A stretch of 63,711 nt of DNA, counting the filler, from Phoronis australis (Eukaryota > Animalia > Phoronida), in assembly GCA_002633005.1 (NCBI GenBank). It is 10 parts of 10 records of this genome, joined end to end, with 100 filler letters (N's around TTAATTAATTAA, not from the genome) between each part and the next. Parts side by side here need not be neighbours in the genome. Positions count along the whole stretch, not along the records: positions 22,788 to 50,623 come from NMRA01000703.1; 9 more parts are not named here. One strand, 5' to 3'. A program made the position numbers and the translations under genes. The notes beneath the pieces are model-generated. The model did not search any database. It was not told the DNA's origin and saw nothing but the letters and a program-made list of their open reading frames with translations. This document shows, in pieces, positions 28,000-38,921 of this stretch. The stretch's first letter is position 1. Every line of letters begins with the position of its first letter.

Positions 28000-29422
28000 A
28001 GTGAACCTACAAGGACGTTAAGCTGTGCGATTCCAGGACGTCAGAACAACGTGAACAGGCACTACCACTTCTTTATGATTACCGTGGCATTCTTACCAAC
28101 CAGCCTGGCGAGACCGATTTGGCCAGCCACGTCATCGAGTTAACAACAGAAAACCAGTGAGAGTGAGACGTCAGATGCCATACACCACTCAGGACCTAGT
28201 GAAGAAGGAAGAGCAGGAGATGTTAAAGATGAACATCATTGAGCCTTCGACTTCAGCTTACAGTTCTCCTTGAGTGTTGGTGGCTAAAAAGGACGGAACC
28301 ACAAGGTTCTGTGTTGACTACCGACGGCTAAATGCAGTGACCAAGTTTGACAACGAGCCCATGGGTAACCCAGAAGCTATTATGGCTAATCTGCATGGTC
28401 AACGTTTCTTCTCGAAGTTCGACTTCACGAAGGGCTACTGGCAAATTCCCATGGATGAGGTTAGTAAAGAGAAGACCGCATTTCTGACTCCAGGAGGCTG
28501 TTACCAGTTCCGCAGAATGCCGTTTGGCTTGGTAAATTCGGCGGCCACATTCAATAGGATGATGCGAAGGATGTTGGCTGGCTCAGAGAATATCGAGCAG
28601 TATGTCAACGATGTGCTACTCCAAACCGTCACCTGGGAAGAACATCTCCGTACACTGAGAGACTTGTTTCAGAGAGTAAAATGAGTAGGCTTGACAGTAA
28701 GACCGTCAAAGTGCAGCATTGGCTATCAGGAGGTGGAGTTCCTTGGACATCAAGTTGGGACAAACAAGATAGCTATGGACGACCAAAAGCTAATGAAGTT
28801 CCAGGATGCACCAACACCATCTACTAAGACAGAAGTGCCATCATTCCTAGGGCTTGCAGGGTACTACCGAAAGTTTGTGCCTGGCTATGCACAGATAGCC
28901 ACATCATTGACAGATTTACTGAAGAAGGGACAAGCAAAGAAAGTCGTGTGGACCGATATTCATGAACAGGCATTCAAGTTAAAGCAAGTGCTCGGAAGCA
29001 GCCCGATACGGGTGCCTGACTTCACTCAGAGATTCATCGTCAGAACAGACGCGTCAAACGATGGTTTAGGGGCAGTCTTACTGCAAGAGTTTGACGATGG
29101 GATATTCCCTATTGCATATGCCAGCCGGAAGCTTAAAGAGAGTGAACGGCATTACTTTACAGAAGAGAAAGAGTGTTTAGCAATAGTGTTTGCTGTCAAG
29201 CGTTTTCAGTTTTATCTGTATGGGACAGAATTCGTGGTGCAAACCGACCACAAACCACTGGTATATATTCAGCGTTGTAAGATTGAAAGTCCCAGGGTTA
29301 TGCGATGGGCTATAGCGCTGCAGAATTATAAATTCCATGTGGAGGATATCCCTGGAAAATGTAACGTTGGTGCAGACTATTTAAGTCGACTAGCAGAGCC
29401 TGTAAGTCAAGGAGCACTTTAG
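28000..29422 (+). pseudogene. pol: Element 1 reverse transcriptase and RNase H, with stops and frameshifts
   Basis: RFCVDYRRLN, KGYWQIP, MPFGL, YVND (mutated YVDD), TDASNDGLGAVL, EKECLAI, TDHKPL, ADYLSR; TGA stops at 28271 and 28682. Confidence 0.93.
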
Positions 29423-29507
29423 CGGCAGATACAGCAGTAGATTATATATGCCAGATGATTTTGTGTTAGAAAATTATATAGCAATTTTCTCTTTAGCAGG
29501 GGTGTGT

Positions 29508-30268
29508 TGTCAGAATATAGTCTGACAGTATTATTAGTTGTATTGTTTTGTTTTGTTGTTCAGTTTGATTTGCATGACCCCTGACTTAAGTACAATGATG
29601 ATGTAATTTGTTTACTACAGAATAGTATGGAACTTTCTAGAAGACTGAGGTCAGAACAGTGATGATGTAATTTGTTTACCACAGTATAGTGTGGAACTTT
29701 CTAGAAGGCTCTAGCATGACAGTGATTGATGAAGTCTGGAATATTCTAGAGACTAGTACATGTTTGTAGAATGATTGGGTAGGTTCCAGAAAGTTCTGGT
29801 ATGTGCTTGAATTGATGAAAGTTCTAGAACAATGCATTAGGCTATAAATACACAAGCACGGGTTTGTGTTAGTGAGTTGAAGCCAAGGAGATCAAGTCAG
29901 TTCAAGAGAAGATCAAGTCAGTTCAAGAAAGTTAATCAGGAGAATTACAGTTGAGTTGCAGTGATAATCAGCAGTTACAGTGATAGTCAATAGAGAGCCA
30001 GCTATAGAGACAGCAGGTTATTGAATCAACGAATGTAACAGTTGCTGAACGTGTCTCAGAAGTTCATCACAAGTCAAGGCTTCGCAGTACTGGCTGGCGC
30101 ATAAACAGACATTACGTCGGACGTTTTGTTTGAGTAGGCTTGTGAACGTACGGTCGGGATTAATAAAGGATTAACTCGAACCAGTGTTCAGTCAATCTTC
30201 GTACCGAAAGCTATTAGCACCGGTCTGTAACAACCTGCGCCCACCCACACACGGGGAAAAACGCGACA
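29508..30268 (+). repeat. 3' LTR of element 1 (761 bp, with internal ~63-bp duplication)
   Basis: Matches 5' LTR; extra copy of gatgatgtaatttgtttac...ggaactttctagaag near 29595-29707. Confidence 0.95.
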
Positions 30269-30284
30269 TATGCAAAATTTCATC

Positions 30285-30929
30285 TGTAACAGGAGTGCCC
30301 TGGACATAATTATGTAAGTAAGATATATGCGCCCTCTAGTGGTCATGTATGTGTATTACGTATGGAATTTTTCTATGATTTTGAGTCCTTTAGACATGGC
30401 CAAATATGGTCAGAACCTAGGAGCTATGGGCCTTGCCCTTCAGATCGTGTCTGATTGGTTGAAATTGTGTACTTAAGCTTTGTCTCTGTCAGACACGAGG
30501 AGTCCAGTAGCAGAGTTCAAGAAGCAAACATTTACACCTTCACTCACACCAAATTGCAACTGTTTGTGCAGCTTTCGGGCTCCTCCCAAACTTGGTTGCC
30601 AATAGTTTAGCCCCAGCAATTCTCGGGCTCCTCCCGAGCTTGATTGCATCTCACCTTTCGGATCTGAATAACCAAATTGCCCCGATCTTGCACACACAAC
30701 TATTAATCAGCGACTGGCTTCCCCGTGTATCAGAACTGTATAAATCACAACGCTGCGATACTAAATCATGGAACAACTGGATATCTTGTAAGTGTGAAAT
30801 ATTGTAGTTATATATTCTTACAATATTCCTATGTATTATTCACCAACTTTTAGTTTTCAATATCACCCTCAGTCCGCACCGGGCTTGTAAAATCGGGGCG
30901 CCTTGGTCGTAGATAGTGCCCCCGTTACA
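30285..30929 (+). repeat. 5' LTR of element 2
   Basis: Direct repeat of 35755-36394. Confidence 0.95.
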
Positions 30930-31453
30930 CTGGTGCGCGTGGCCCGCGGATATGTGCGAGTGATGTTGAAAAGCAGTAAAATAAATTAATTAACTCACAT
31001 AGCAAACGTCTGTTGAAGGTTGCGTGTTCAAAGTTCGCAAAACGTAATAGTAGCGACATTGAACACATTTTTGTCAATACTCCCGAGTTGATTTTCCGTT
31101 GAGGTTTCACTAAATACCCTTGTTGATTATCAATTCACAACTTGTCGTGTATTGCTGTTAACTTCCATGGATAACCTTGCTTTCGCGAAACTTGCAATAT
31201 TCAGGTGGCGATAGCTTGAATGTGGGAAGTAATGTCCACTTGTTGCCCAATTAATATTTTCTAGAAGTAGATTCATGTCTGTTGACGCTCTGTTGTTAGG
31301 CTACTCCATTCGTCTTCGGTTACTGTTGTCTGGTGTACTCCACGTATTCAGGACACGTTTTAATGGTTTCAGTTACTGAGAGTATCATCTACTGACCTCA
31401 GGCTCAGTTCTATACGTTACATTTGCTGATTTCATCGAATTCCATAATCCAAA

Positions 31454-32525
31454 ATGGCCCGTTTCTTGTCAAATGTGTCGAATTGGATTACTCCCTCGTT
31501 TATGGCGGCAGAAAATCACGTCGAACCGGATCCTCTGCCTGAAATTGTCCCAGTTGGTGATTATAGAGACCATTCCTCTGAAATGCCATACGTCGACTGT
31601 CCAAGCGACAGCCCGCCTAGTGTATTATCATTTGATCATCAGCGACAGGCCACTATAAATCAGACTGACAGGGGAGGATTGGATTCGATGGCCTCCTGTA
31701 TCAAGCAAAATTCAAAACAACAGCAGCAACAACACGCGCTCGCCCTATCGAAACGCAAAGAACGGGTGCCACAACATTTTGACGCAAAATCATGTGAATT
31801 GCCAGATTTTCTGCGCCAATTCGAGAAAATTTGTAAGTGGAATGGTTGGGACGAGCAGGAGTCTGCCATGCAGTTAGTCAGGTGTCTGCGGGGTCGGCCT
31901 TGCGTGCTGTAGGGGACCTCGACGATGAAGTGAGAATTTTCACGATTTGAAAGCGGCGCTTATGCAGCGTTTCTATCCCGCAGAACGCGTCGCCGCGCAC
32001 AGATGCGAGTTTTGAGGAAGGACAAGGGGGAAAACGGAAAACATCTCGGACTATGGTTTTAGTCTAAAACGGCTAGCGTCATTGGCATTCCCTGAGTTAG
32101 CCAGTGACGCCCGTGAAGTTTTGGTCGTAGACCAATTCATAGCTGGGCTCAACGACCAGGCGCTGCGGAGGCACGTACAATTTCAGGGGCCACTGTCCGT
32201 GGACATAGCGATTTCTCATGCACTCGAGTTCGAGGCATTTGAGGGGACCTGGTGCAGTCCGAAAAACAAAACTTCGGATGTGGCTCCCTACCCCGACACA
32301 CGAGTCATGACCATGCGGGAGCGTTCAACCAACAGGCCGGACCATGCTGACATGGCCGAGATAAAGAGGGCATTAGCAGATGTTCAGCGCCAGCTCAGCG
32401 ACCGAAAGCCCCGGGAACCAATCCGCTGTTACAACTGTGGGCAGGAGGGACACATCGCTAGAAAATGTCCCCAGGAACGTAAGGGGAACACTTGTAAATC
32501 AGATACTAATGAGTCGTCAAACTAG
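31454..32525 (+). pseudogene. gag: Element 2 gag with CCHC zinc knuckle, disrupted
   Basis: FLRQFEKICKWNGWDEQESAMQL; VDQFIAGL..RRHV; CYNCGQEGHIARKC; frameshifts/stop between 31900 and 32080. Confidence 0.88.
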
Positions 32526-32590
32526 GACCGGTCGGGTCCGCTGCCAAGGCCTCGACCGGGTTTGCACAATGTTCGTTTGTTTTTGTAGTT

Positions 32591-35482
32591 TTGTTTGGAG
32601 AAAAGTTTCCCGCTTTAATAGATGGCGGTTCGCCTTGTTCTCTTATGTCTAGAGACATTTTTGAGTTAAGTAGTTCACATATAAGTAGTTTAGAACCCAT
32701 TCTCATTTCATTGTCAGGCGCAGGTGGGGCGCGTATTAATGATTACGGTTGCCTGGTGGCTGATTTTGACATAGGAGGCTTGCGACTGAAGCAGCGATTT
32801 GTTGTCGCCGACGTCAATCCTCAGGTGATTCTTGGACTAGACTTTTTGAAAAATAATTTTTGTAATTTGAGTGCAGCTCCGGAGGGTGACGTTTTACACC
32901 TCTGTGGAAAGTCGATCAATCTTTTGTCGGAGAAGAGGGCACTTTGCAGTGTCATAGTTCCAAGGTCCATGTCTGAGGGGACGTTTGTCAGCGAAGTTAC
33001 TGTCCATCTTCCGCCTCATTTGGAACCTGTAATTAAGGACGCAAGTGAGCGGTTGACTCCACAGCAGACTCTTTTGGTGCGGAAACTTGTGGCCGAGTTT
33101 TCAGATGTTTTCGCCGGTCCCAATGGCGAGCTTGGGAGAACTACGCTGGTCGAGCACACCATCAACACAGGCGATCATCTTCCAATTAAACAGGCTCCTC
33201 GACGGTTACCTATAGCTCAGCGGGAGATCGCCGATGCGGAGATCGACAAGATGCTGGCTGCTGGTGTTATCGAACCAAGTGATTCGCCATGGGCCTCGCC
33301 GATCGTGTTGGTGCGAAAGAGAGACTCCAGCTACCGATTCTGTGTAGACTACCGGAAGTTGAACGCAGTGACCAGGAAAGATGCCTATCCTCTCCCACGC
33401 ATAGACACCTGCCTAGATTCCCTCGCGGGCATGTCATGGTTTACCACCCTTGACATGGCCAGTGGATATTGGCAGGTGCCAATGGCCAAGAAAGACAGGT
33501 CAAAGACTGCATTCGCCACTCATAGGGGTCTTTTTGAGTTCACGTCTATGCCTTTTGGTCTGGCAAATGCACCATCTAGTTTTGAGCGTTTGGTAGAGAA
33601 GGTTTTTGCGGGAATGCAATGGGACAAGTGTTTACTGTATATTGACGACATCCTGGTCTTTGCAAAGACTTTCGACGACGCCCTCTGCGATCTCCGAGCA
33701 GTTTTTCTACGGTTGCGGGAGGCCGGTCTGCGACTTAAGCCGACCAAGTGCAGTCTGTTTCGGAGGGAGGTACCTTTCCTAGGCCACGTAGTGTCTGAGG
33801 CAGGAGTAAGTTGTGACCCTGAAAAGGTTGCTGCGGTTGCAGATTGGGAGACACCATCCTCAGTTTCGGAAGTACGCAGTTTCCTTGGATTGGCCTCATA
33901 TTACCGAAGATTCATTCCTGACTTCTCCACTGTTGCTGCACCGTTGTCACGTTTGACCGGGAAGAACCAACGATTCGAATGGGATGACACGTGCCAATTG
34001 GCATTTGACCAGCTGAAGATGCTGCTTACCAACCATCCAGTGTTAGCGTATCCCCGGCGGCAGGGAAGGTTTATCCTTGACACGGATGCATCGGCCTTTG
34101 GCATCTCAGGAGTACTATCTCAGGAACAGGATGGCGAGGAGAGGGTCATCGCCTATGCCAGCCAAACTCTGTCAGCGTCACAACAGCGCTACTGCACCAC
34201 GTATCGTGAACTTTTGGCTGTTGTTACGTTTGTTAAGCGGTTCCGGCATTATTTGTGGGGCCGCAACTTCCTTATAAGAACAGACCATCATTCCCTGAAG
34301 TGGTTAAAGAATTTTAAGGAACCCGTCGACATGGTTGCCAGGTGGATAGCGGTTCTCGACACATATGACTACGAGATTAAGCACCGAAAGGGTAATCACC
34401 ACGGTAACGCTGATGGTTTGTCCCGGAAACCGTATCGCAGATGCCAGCGATCTGATTGTGACCAATGTGCTGGTCAACGAGTTGTCGCTGCAGTGCGACG
34501 GGGAAGACGTGTCACCAAGGAACGTGAAAACCCTGAGAGTGACGCCTGGCTGCCTACCTGGAATAAAGATGAGCTTCGTACTCTGCAACAGAACGATAAG
34601 GTCATAGGTCCAGTTGTGAAATTCATGTCTGAGTCCTCGGAGAAGCCTGAGCTTAAAGCTATATTGGGGCACTCCTGGGGTACCCGGCGTTTGTTTTCTG
34701 AGTGGAACCTTTTGCGCTTGCAGGATGGTGTTCTGTATCGGCGTTGGATCGACGCCCGTGGCGGCGGTGATCGAATGGTGATTGTACTTCCACGTCAGTT
34801 ACGGAGTCAGGTTCTCAAGCTGACGCATGACGCAAGGACAGCGGGACATCTTGGTCGCGACAAGACTATTAGGACCGTCCGTTCTCGTTTCTACTGGCCA
34901 GGGCTGCAGGGTGATGTTTCCAGGTGGTGCAAGCGTTGCGAGATGTGCGCACGTCGCAAACCAGGTCCGGGCAGAGGTCGCGCACCACTTCAGCAGGGGC
35001 AAGTAGGCGCTCCATTCCAGCCAGATCCTGCAGAGGTGGAGCAACTTGTGGGGAAGCCAGAGGAGGCCACCAGCCAATCTCGACCCGTATACAAGTGCGC
35101 CGAGTGTGACAGGACGTTCACCAAATTTTACACGCTGAAGCGTCACGAAAAGACTTGTTCACCGTTAATTATACATACCTGTTGTTCACATTGTAAGCGT
35201 AGGTTTTCAGCTAGGCAAGCGTGCCGAAAACACCAACGCAAGACCGGCCACGACGGAACGACAGAAATACTGGTTCAGAACCGGAAACATGCAAAGGCTG
35301 TCGCTGCCACAGAACGCCGGCGAGAGGTAGACGCCAGAAGGGACGTTCCCCAGCCATTTCCTGAAGTTACGGTGGCGCGAGACGAGGCAGTGCGTTGGGA
35401 CCGAGATGGCCGCATGTATGTCTCCCCCAAACAGCACTGGTTCCGCGTCCCGGTCGAGCCATACCGCATTTATATTAGCTAG
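32591..35482 (+). CDS. pol: Element 2 pol: protease, RT, RNase H, integrase HHCC domain, then two zinc fingers (963-aa ORF)
   Basis: ALIDGGS, RFCVDYRKLN, YIDDILV, DTDASAFG, RELLAVV, ADGLSR, H..AGH..C..C; after GAPFQ switches to YKCAECDRTFTKFYTLKRHEKTC and CSHCKRRF...RKHQRKTGH. Confidence 0.92.
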   Translation: MFGEKFPALIDGGSPCSLMSRDIFELSSSHISSLEPILISLSGAGGARINDYGCLVADFDIGGLRLKQRFVVADVNPQVILGLDFLKNNFCNLSAAPEGDVLHLCGKSINLLSEKRALCSVIVPRSMSEGTFVSEVTVHLPPHLEPVIKDASERLTPQQTLLVRKLVAEFSDVFAGPNGELGRTTLVEHTINTGDHLPIKQAPRRLPIAQREIADAEIDKMLAAGVIEPSDSPWASPIVLVRKRDSSYRFCVDYRKLNAVTRKDAYPLPRIDTCLDSLAGMSWFTTLDMASGYWQVPMAKKDRSKTAFATHRGLFEFTSMPFGLANAPSSFERLVEKVFAGMQWDKCLLYIDDILVFAKTFDDALCDLRAVFLRLREAGLRLKPTKCSLFRREVPFLGHVVSEAGVSCDPEKVAAVADWETPSSVSEVRSFLGLASYYRRFIPDFSTVAAPLSRLTGKNQRFEWDDTCQLAFDQLKMLLTNHPVLAYPRRQGRFILDTDASAFGISGVLSQEQDGEERVIAYASQTLSASQQRYCTTYRELLAVVTFVKRFRHYLWGRNFLIRTDHHSLKWLKNFKEPVDMVARWIAVLDTYDYEIKHRKGNHHGNADGLSRKPYRRCQRSDCDQCAGQRVVAAVRRGRRVTKERENPESDAWLPTWNKDELRTLQQNDKVIGPVVKFMSESSEKPELKAILGHSWGTRRLFSEWNLLRLQDGVLYRRWIDARGGGDRMVIVLPRQLRSQVLKLTHDARTAGHLGRDKTIRTVRSRFYWPGLQGDVSRWCKRCEMCARRKPGPGRGRAPLQQGQVGAPFQPDPAEVEQLVGKPEEATSQSRPVYKCAECDRTFTKFYTLKRHEKTCSPLIIHTCCSHCKRRFSARQACRKHQRKTGHDGTTEILVQNRKHAKAVAATERRREVDARRDVPQPFPEVTVARDEAVRWDRDGRMYVSPKQHWFRVPVEPYRIYIS

Positions 35483-35754
35483 CGAGTGTTTTTAGTTCGT
35501 TTGTATGTATACAGGTGATGGCCGCACCTTAATTGTTTTCTTTTATTCATTTTTTTGTATTAGTTTGATTTTTTATTACGGGCAGTGCTACGGTGTGACT
35601 TGCTCGATTTACTTCATGGTGTTTGGATAGTTTCTTTTCGTCGTTATTAGTTTGATTTTGATATCGATATGTTTAAGTGATTTGAAGTTCACTCCTGTTT
35701 GTATTATTTTTTTATTATCAGTCACGGGTGTGACATGATCTGAGGCAGGGGGAG

Positions 35755-36394
35755 TGTAACAGGAGTGCCCTGGACATGATTATGTAAGATATATGCGCCC
35801 TCTAGTGGTCAAACTGTGTATTACGTATAGAATTTTCCTATGATTTTGAGTCCTTTAGACATGGCCAAATATGGTCAGAACCTAGGAGCTATGGGCCTTG
35901 CCCTTCAGATCGTGTCTGATTGGTTGAAATTGTGTACTTAAGCTTTGTCTCTGTCAGACACGAGGAGTTCAGTCGCAGAGTTCAAGATGCAAACATTTAC
36001 ACCTTCACTCACACCAAATTGCAACTGTTTGAGCAGCTTTCGGGCTCCTCCCGAACTTGGTTGCCAATAGTTTAGCCCCAGCAATTCTCGGGCTCCTCCC
36101 GTGCTTGATTGAATCTCACCTTTCGGATCTGAATAACCAAATTGCCCCGTTCTTGCACACACACCTATTAATCAGCGACTGGCTTGCCTGTGTATCAGAA
36201 CTGTATAAATCACAACGCTGCGATACTAAATCATGGAACAACTTGATTGCTTGTAAGTGTGAAATACTGTAGTTATATATTCTTACAATAAACCTATGTA
36301 TTATTCACCAACTTTTAGTTTTCAATATCACCCTCAGTCCGCACCGGGCTCGTAAAATCGGGGCGCCTTGGTCGTAGATAGCGCCCCCGTTACA
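35755..36394 (+). repeat. 3' LTR of element 2
   Basis: Matches 5' LTR, followed by TSD catc. Confidence 0.95.
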
Positions 36395-36460
36395 CATCAA
36401 AGGGTTTTGGATATAGAGCAGCGGACGCCGGACGGACGGACGCCGGAGATGAAGGCATAA

Positions 36461-36536
36461 TTTTCAACATCACCCTCAGTCCGCACCGGGCTCGTAAAAT
36501 CGGGGCGCCTTGGTCGTAGATACCGCCCCCGTTACA
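36461..36536 (+). repeat. Extra copy of the last ~75 bp (U5 end) of the element 2 LTR
   Basis: ttttcaacatcaccctcagtccgcaccgggctcg...ccccgttaca. Confidence 0.9.
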
Positions 36537-36539
36537 ATA

Positions 36540-36705
36540 TCAAGGCCACAGAGTGAATGTACTCCATGATAACATGGCCACAGTGTGAGTGCACTCGATG
36601 ATAACATGGCCACAGTGTGAGTGTACTCGATGATAACAAGGCTACAGTGTGAGTGCACTCGATGATAACATGGCCACAGTGTGAGTGTACTCGATCATAA
36701 CAAGG
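36540..36705 (+). repeat. 32-bp minisatellite (~5 units)
   Basis: gagtgyactcgatgataacatggccacagtgt repeated. Confidence 0.9.
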
Positions 36706-36897
36706 TTGTTGTCAATTTGTCTACTACTCAAGTAACTGATGTTGAAATTGCACTCCTTAGGAAATGGTTAACATTCATCATGTCAATGCCATGGACAATA
36801 AAGCATTGTTTGAATTGTTCTGGAACAAGATCGCTTCTACCCTAATCCCTACAAAATGAGGCTTAAACATTGCCACTGGGAACTGTGTTATCGCTAC

Positions 36898-37335
36898 AAT
36901 CAATTAATCAATCAGTAAATGATTTATTTTGGTGACCTGTAATAATTGCTACCCAGCCACAACTTGGGCTTATAAGTCACCATTCCAAAGCGGACATACA
37001 AAAAAGCAACGCACACATGACTGAGAAATGCATTATAAATAAAACTGATTACTCATTTACTGACAGTGGTGTTAGTCATCAGGAAACCAAACTGCTTCTA
37101 AATTTCTATCTCACCAAATGAGGGGCAGACCAACATGACCTCTGCAAATAACTCGGTTCTAAGATCAAAGTAGAGATGGCACGAGCAAAGGAAATATATT
37201 TCATCCTCTACACATGAGGCAGTACAAAAATCACACAATTGGTCCTTAACCGGAGTAAAAGTACCGAAATGGCCAGTTTCTACTTTCAGTGGCAAGAATC
37301 CACATCTAAATTGAGATAAGAGGGGTTTCTTTTCT
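36898..37335 (-). mobile_element. 3' end of a non-LTR retrotransposon (RTEX/CR1-L2 group)
   Basis: LLSQFRCGFLPLKVETG...CDFC....EDEIYFLCSC..Y..LR C-terminal zinc-knuckle motif, then aataaa and short (ttga)n tail on minus strand. Confidence 0.8.
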
Positions 37336-38373
37336 CGAGTCAAGAAAATATATTACTAGTGAGCCAAAGTAATGTGCATGTGATTATGTTGCTGAATTAG
37401 CCACGAAACTGCAAATCTACTTACTCGTCAGGGGCCGCGAATTCACTCGGGTTCCGCTTGGCCACAGCACCGTCTGGGCAGAAGTACATTGACAATCATT
37501 ATTTGAGTAATGTAAACGTAAATAAAGATTCCCCAAACACCTAGCCATGGGATGGAAATCGAGTTGTTTCACAACAGTTTCTGCCAGCAAACACTAAATT
37601 AGCATGAGCTCACACGGCCTCAGTGTCCCGTCAATTAGTTTTATTGCACCTAAAGCCGGTAACGCAGTGATTTATTCATTGCTGGCTTCTCAAATCCTTT
37701 GCACTCATAAACACTCCAAAGGCATTACAAATTGCATCTAATGAGACAGACTTTGTTTCAGTTGGTGAGAGTGAGAAGTCATTTTGAAACAGAACGCTCA
37801 GTACTAAACGCCAACATGGCAACTTGCAAGCCCGACTTAGGACGAGCTAGAGCTCATCAGTCCCGACTTTGCAGGTGGATCGTTAAGTTTTACAGGCTAT
37901 CAATTCGAACAGGACAGTAATGAAGCAATACTAGAGAGGCGTTGTGAACAAGCTCAGACAAGGGAACGTATGGAGTTATTTGGTAAGCCGGCATTCGTCA
38001 ATGAGGCACTGTCGATGCCTGCATGCCACAGACACGGAGATGTTTCACGGCTTCATACTTGCTATTTACAGCGTACATTTCATTCTTCACTACCATGAGC
38101 CACTTTTTAAGCATTTCGGACTCTCAATGAAGTAAAAAAAACTACCCGCTTTCCTCGCAGCTGCTTAGTTCGGACAAGCGGGAACGATGCATCGCAACAT
38201 AGCGGCATTCACTCTGCATATGAACCACTGACGTCGCTATCATCGTTTCCCACCTTCCTCACAGGTTAACGCGACACCTCTTGGCAAGATAAGGTCAACC
38301 ATATGCGAGGCGATGTGGATATAGACCGATTAAGACGGCAAAAAAGACTAATTAAATCGGGTGGCATTCTCCT
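37333..38373 (-). mobile_element. Kolobok-type element copy A (degenerate THAP from ~38200)
   Basis: Terminus aggagaatgccacc on minus strand; MLRCIVPACPN*AAARKAG; inverted homologue of 38922-40278. Confidence 0.7.
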
Positions 38374-38581
38374 GTAACATAACAATGTACATAGGGTGAT
38401 CCAACAAGTGGTATATTTAGATATCCCAAATTTGTTTTTAACATTTTCTAGGCATATTTTCAAGTGGTCTCCAGTGGCAGGTCTTTCAGGAGATTCTTTT
38501 GAATCAAACAACTGAACAATACTCTAAGCACCACAGGGTTAAAACGGTTGGCATTCTCCTTTAAGTTTGTAAATTATCCAA

Positions 38582-38821
38582 ATGAATATGTTGTGTAAAC
38601 TGAAGTCACCTATCTCTTTGTTAAACAATAGCAATGCTGTTTATGAAGTTGAATGTGGTAATTGCAATGAATTCTATATGGGACTCCCCCAGAGACGCCT
38701 CTGTGATAGATTGAGAGAACATCACACCTCAGACAAAAGCAATGTCTATAGGCATTGTGTCATTAACAACCACCAAGCTAATTCAGTCACGGTAATCTGT
38801 AAAGGAATTACTGTACATTAA
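38582..38821 (+). mobile_element. Penelope-like element GIY-YIG endonuclease fragment
   Basis: NAVYEVECGNCNEFYMG..QRRLCDRLREH matches PLE VVY.I.C..C...YIG.T.R.L..R..EH. Confidence 0.8.
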
Positions 38822-38921
38822 AGAGTCATTGACCATTCAGGATCAGCATGCTGCTGGTTCTCTGACTAACTTATCCGTCATATGGCAAATGTCCGATAGC
38901 TTTCTGCAATAGTACTTTTAA

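Larger units (their letters stand above)
24241..30268 (+). mobile_element. Full-length Gmr1-type Ty3/gypsy LTR retrotransposon (decayed)
   Basis: LTRs 24241-24938 and 29508-30268 (TGTCA...GACA), 5-bp TSD TATGC, PBS, PPT-like agcagggg before 3' LTR, gag-PR-IN-RT-RH order. Confidence 0.95.
30285..36394 (+). mobile_element. Ty3/gypsy LTR retrotransposon, integrase core missing, C2H2-like fingers at pol C-terminus
   Basis: LTRs 30285-30929 and 35755-36394 (TGTAAC...GTTACA), 4-bp TSD CATC, PBS tggtgcgcgtggcc at 30931, PPT gaggcagggggag 35742-35754. Confidence 0.95.

Noticed and set aside
30473-30807. Duplicated short ORFs (also 35938-36272)
   Set aside because: They are simply the two LTR copies.
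36540-36705. CRISPR-like 32-bp repeats (also 61710-62062, 62812-62990)
   Set aside because: Units are contiguous with no unique spacers, no cas genes, eukaryotic context: minisatellites.
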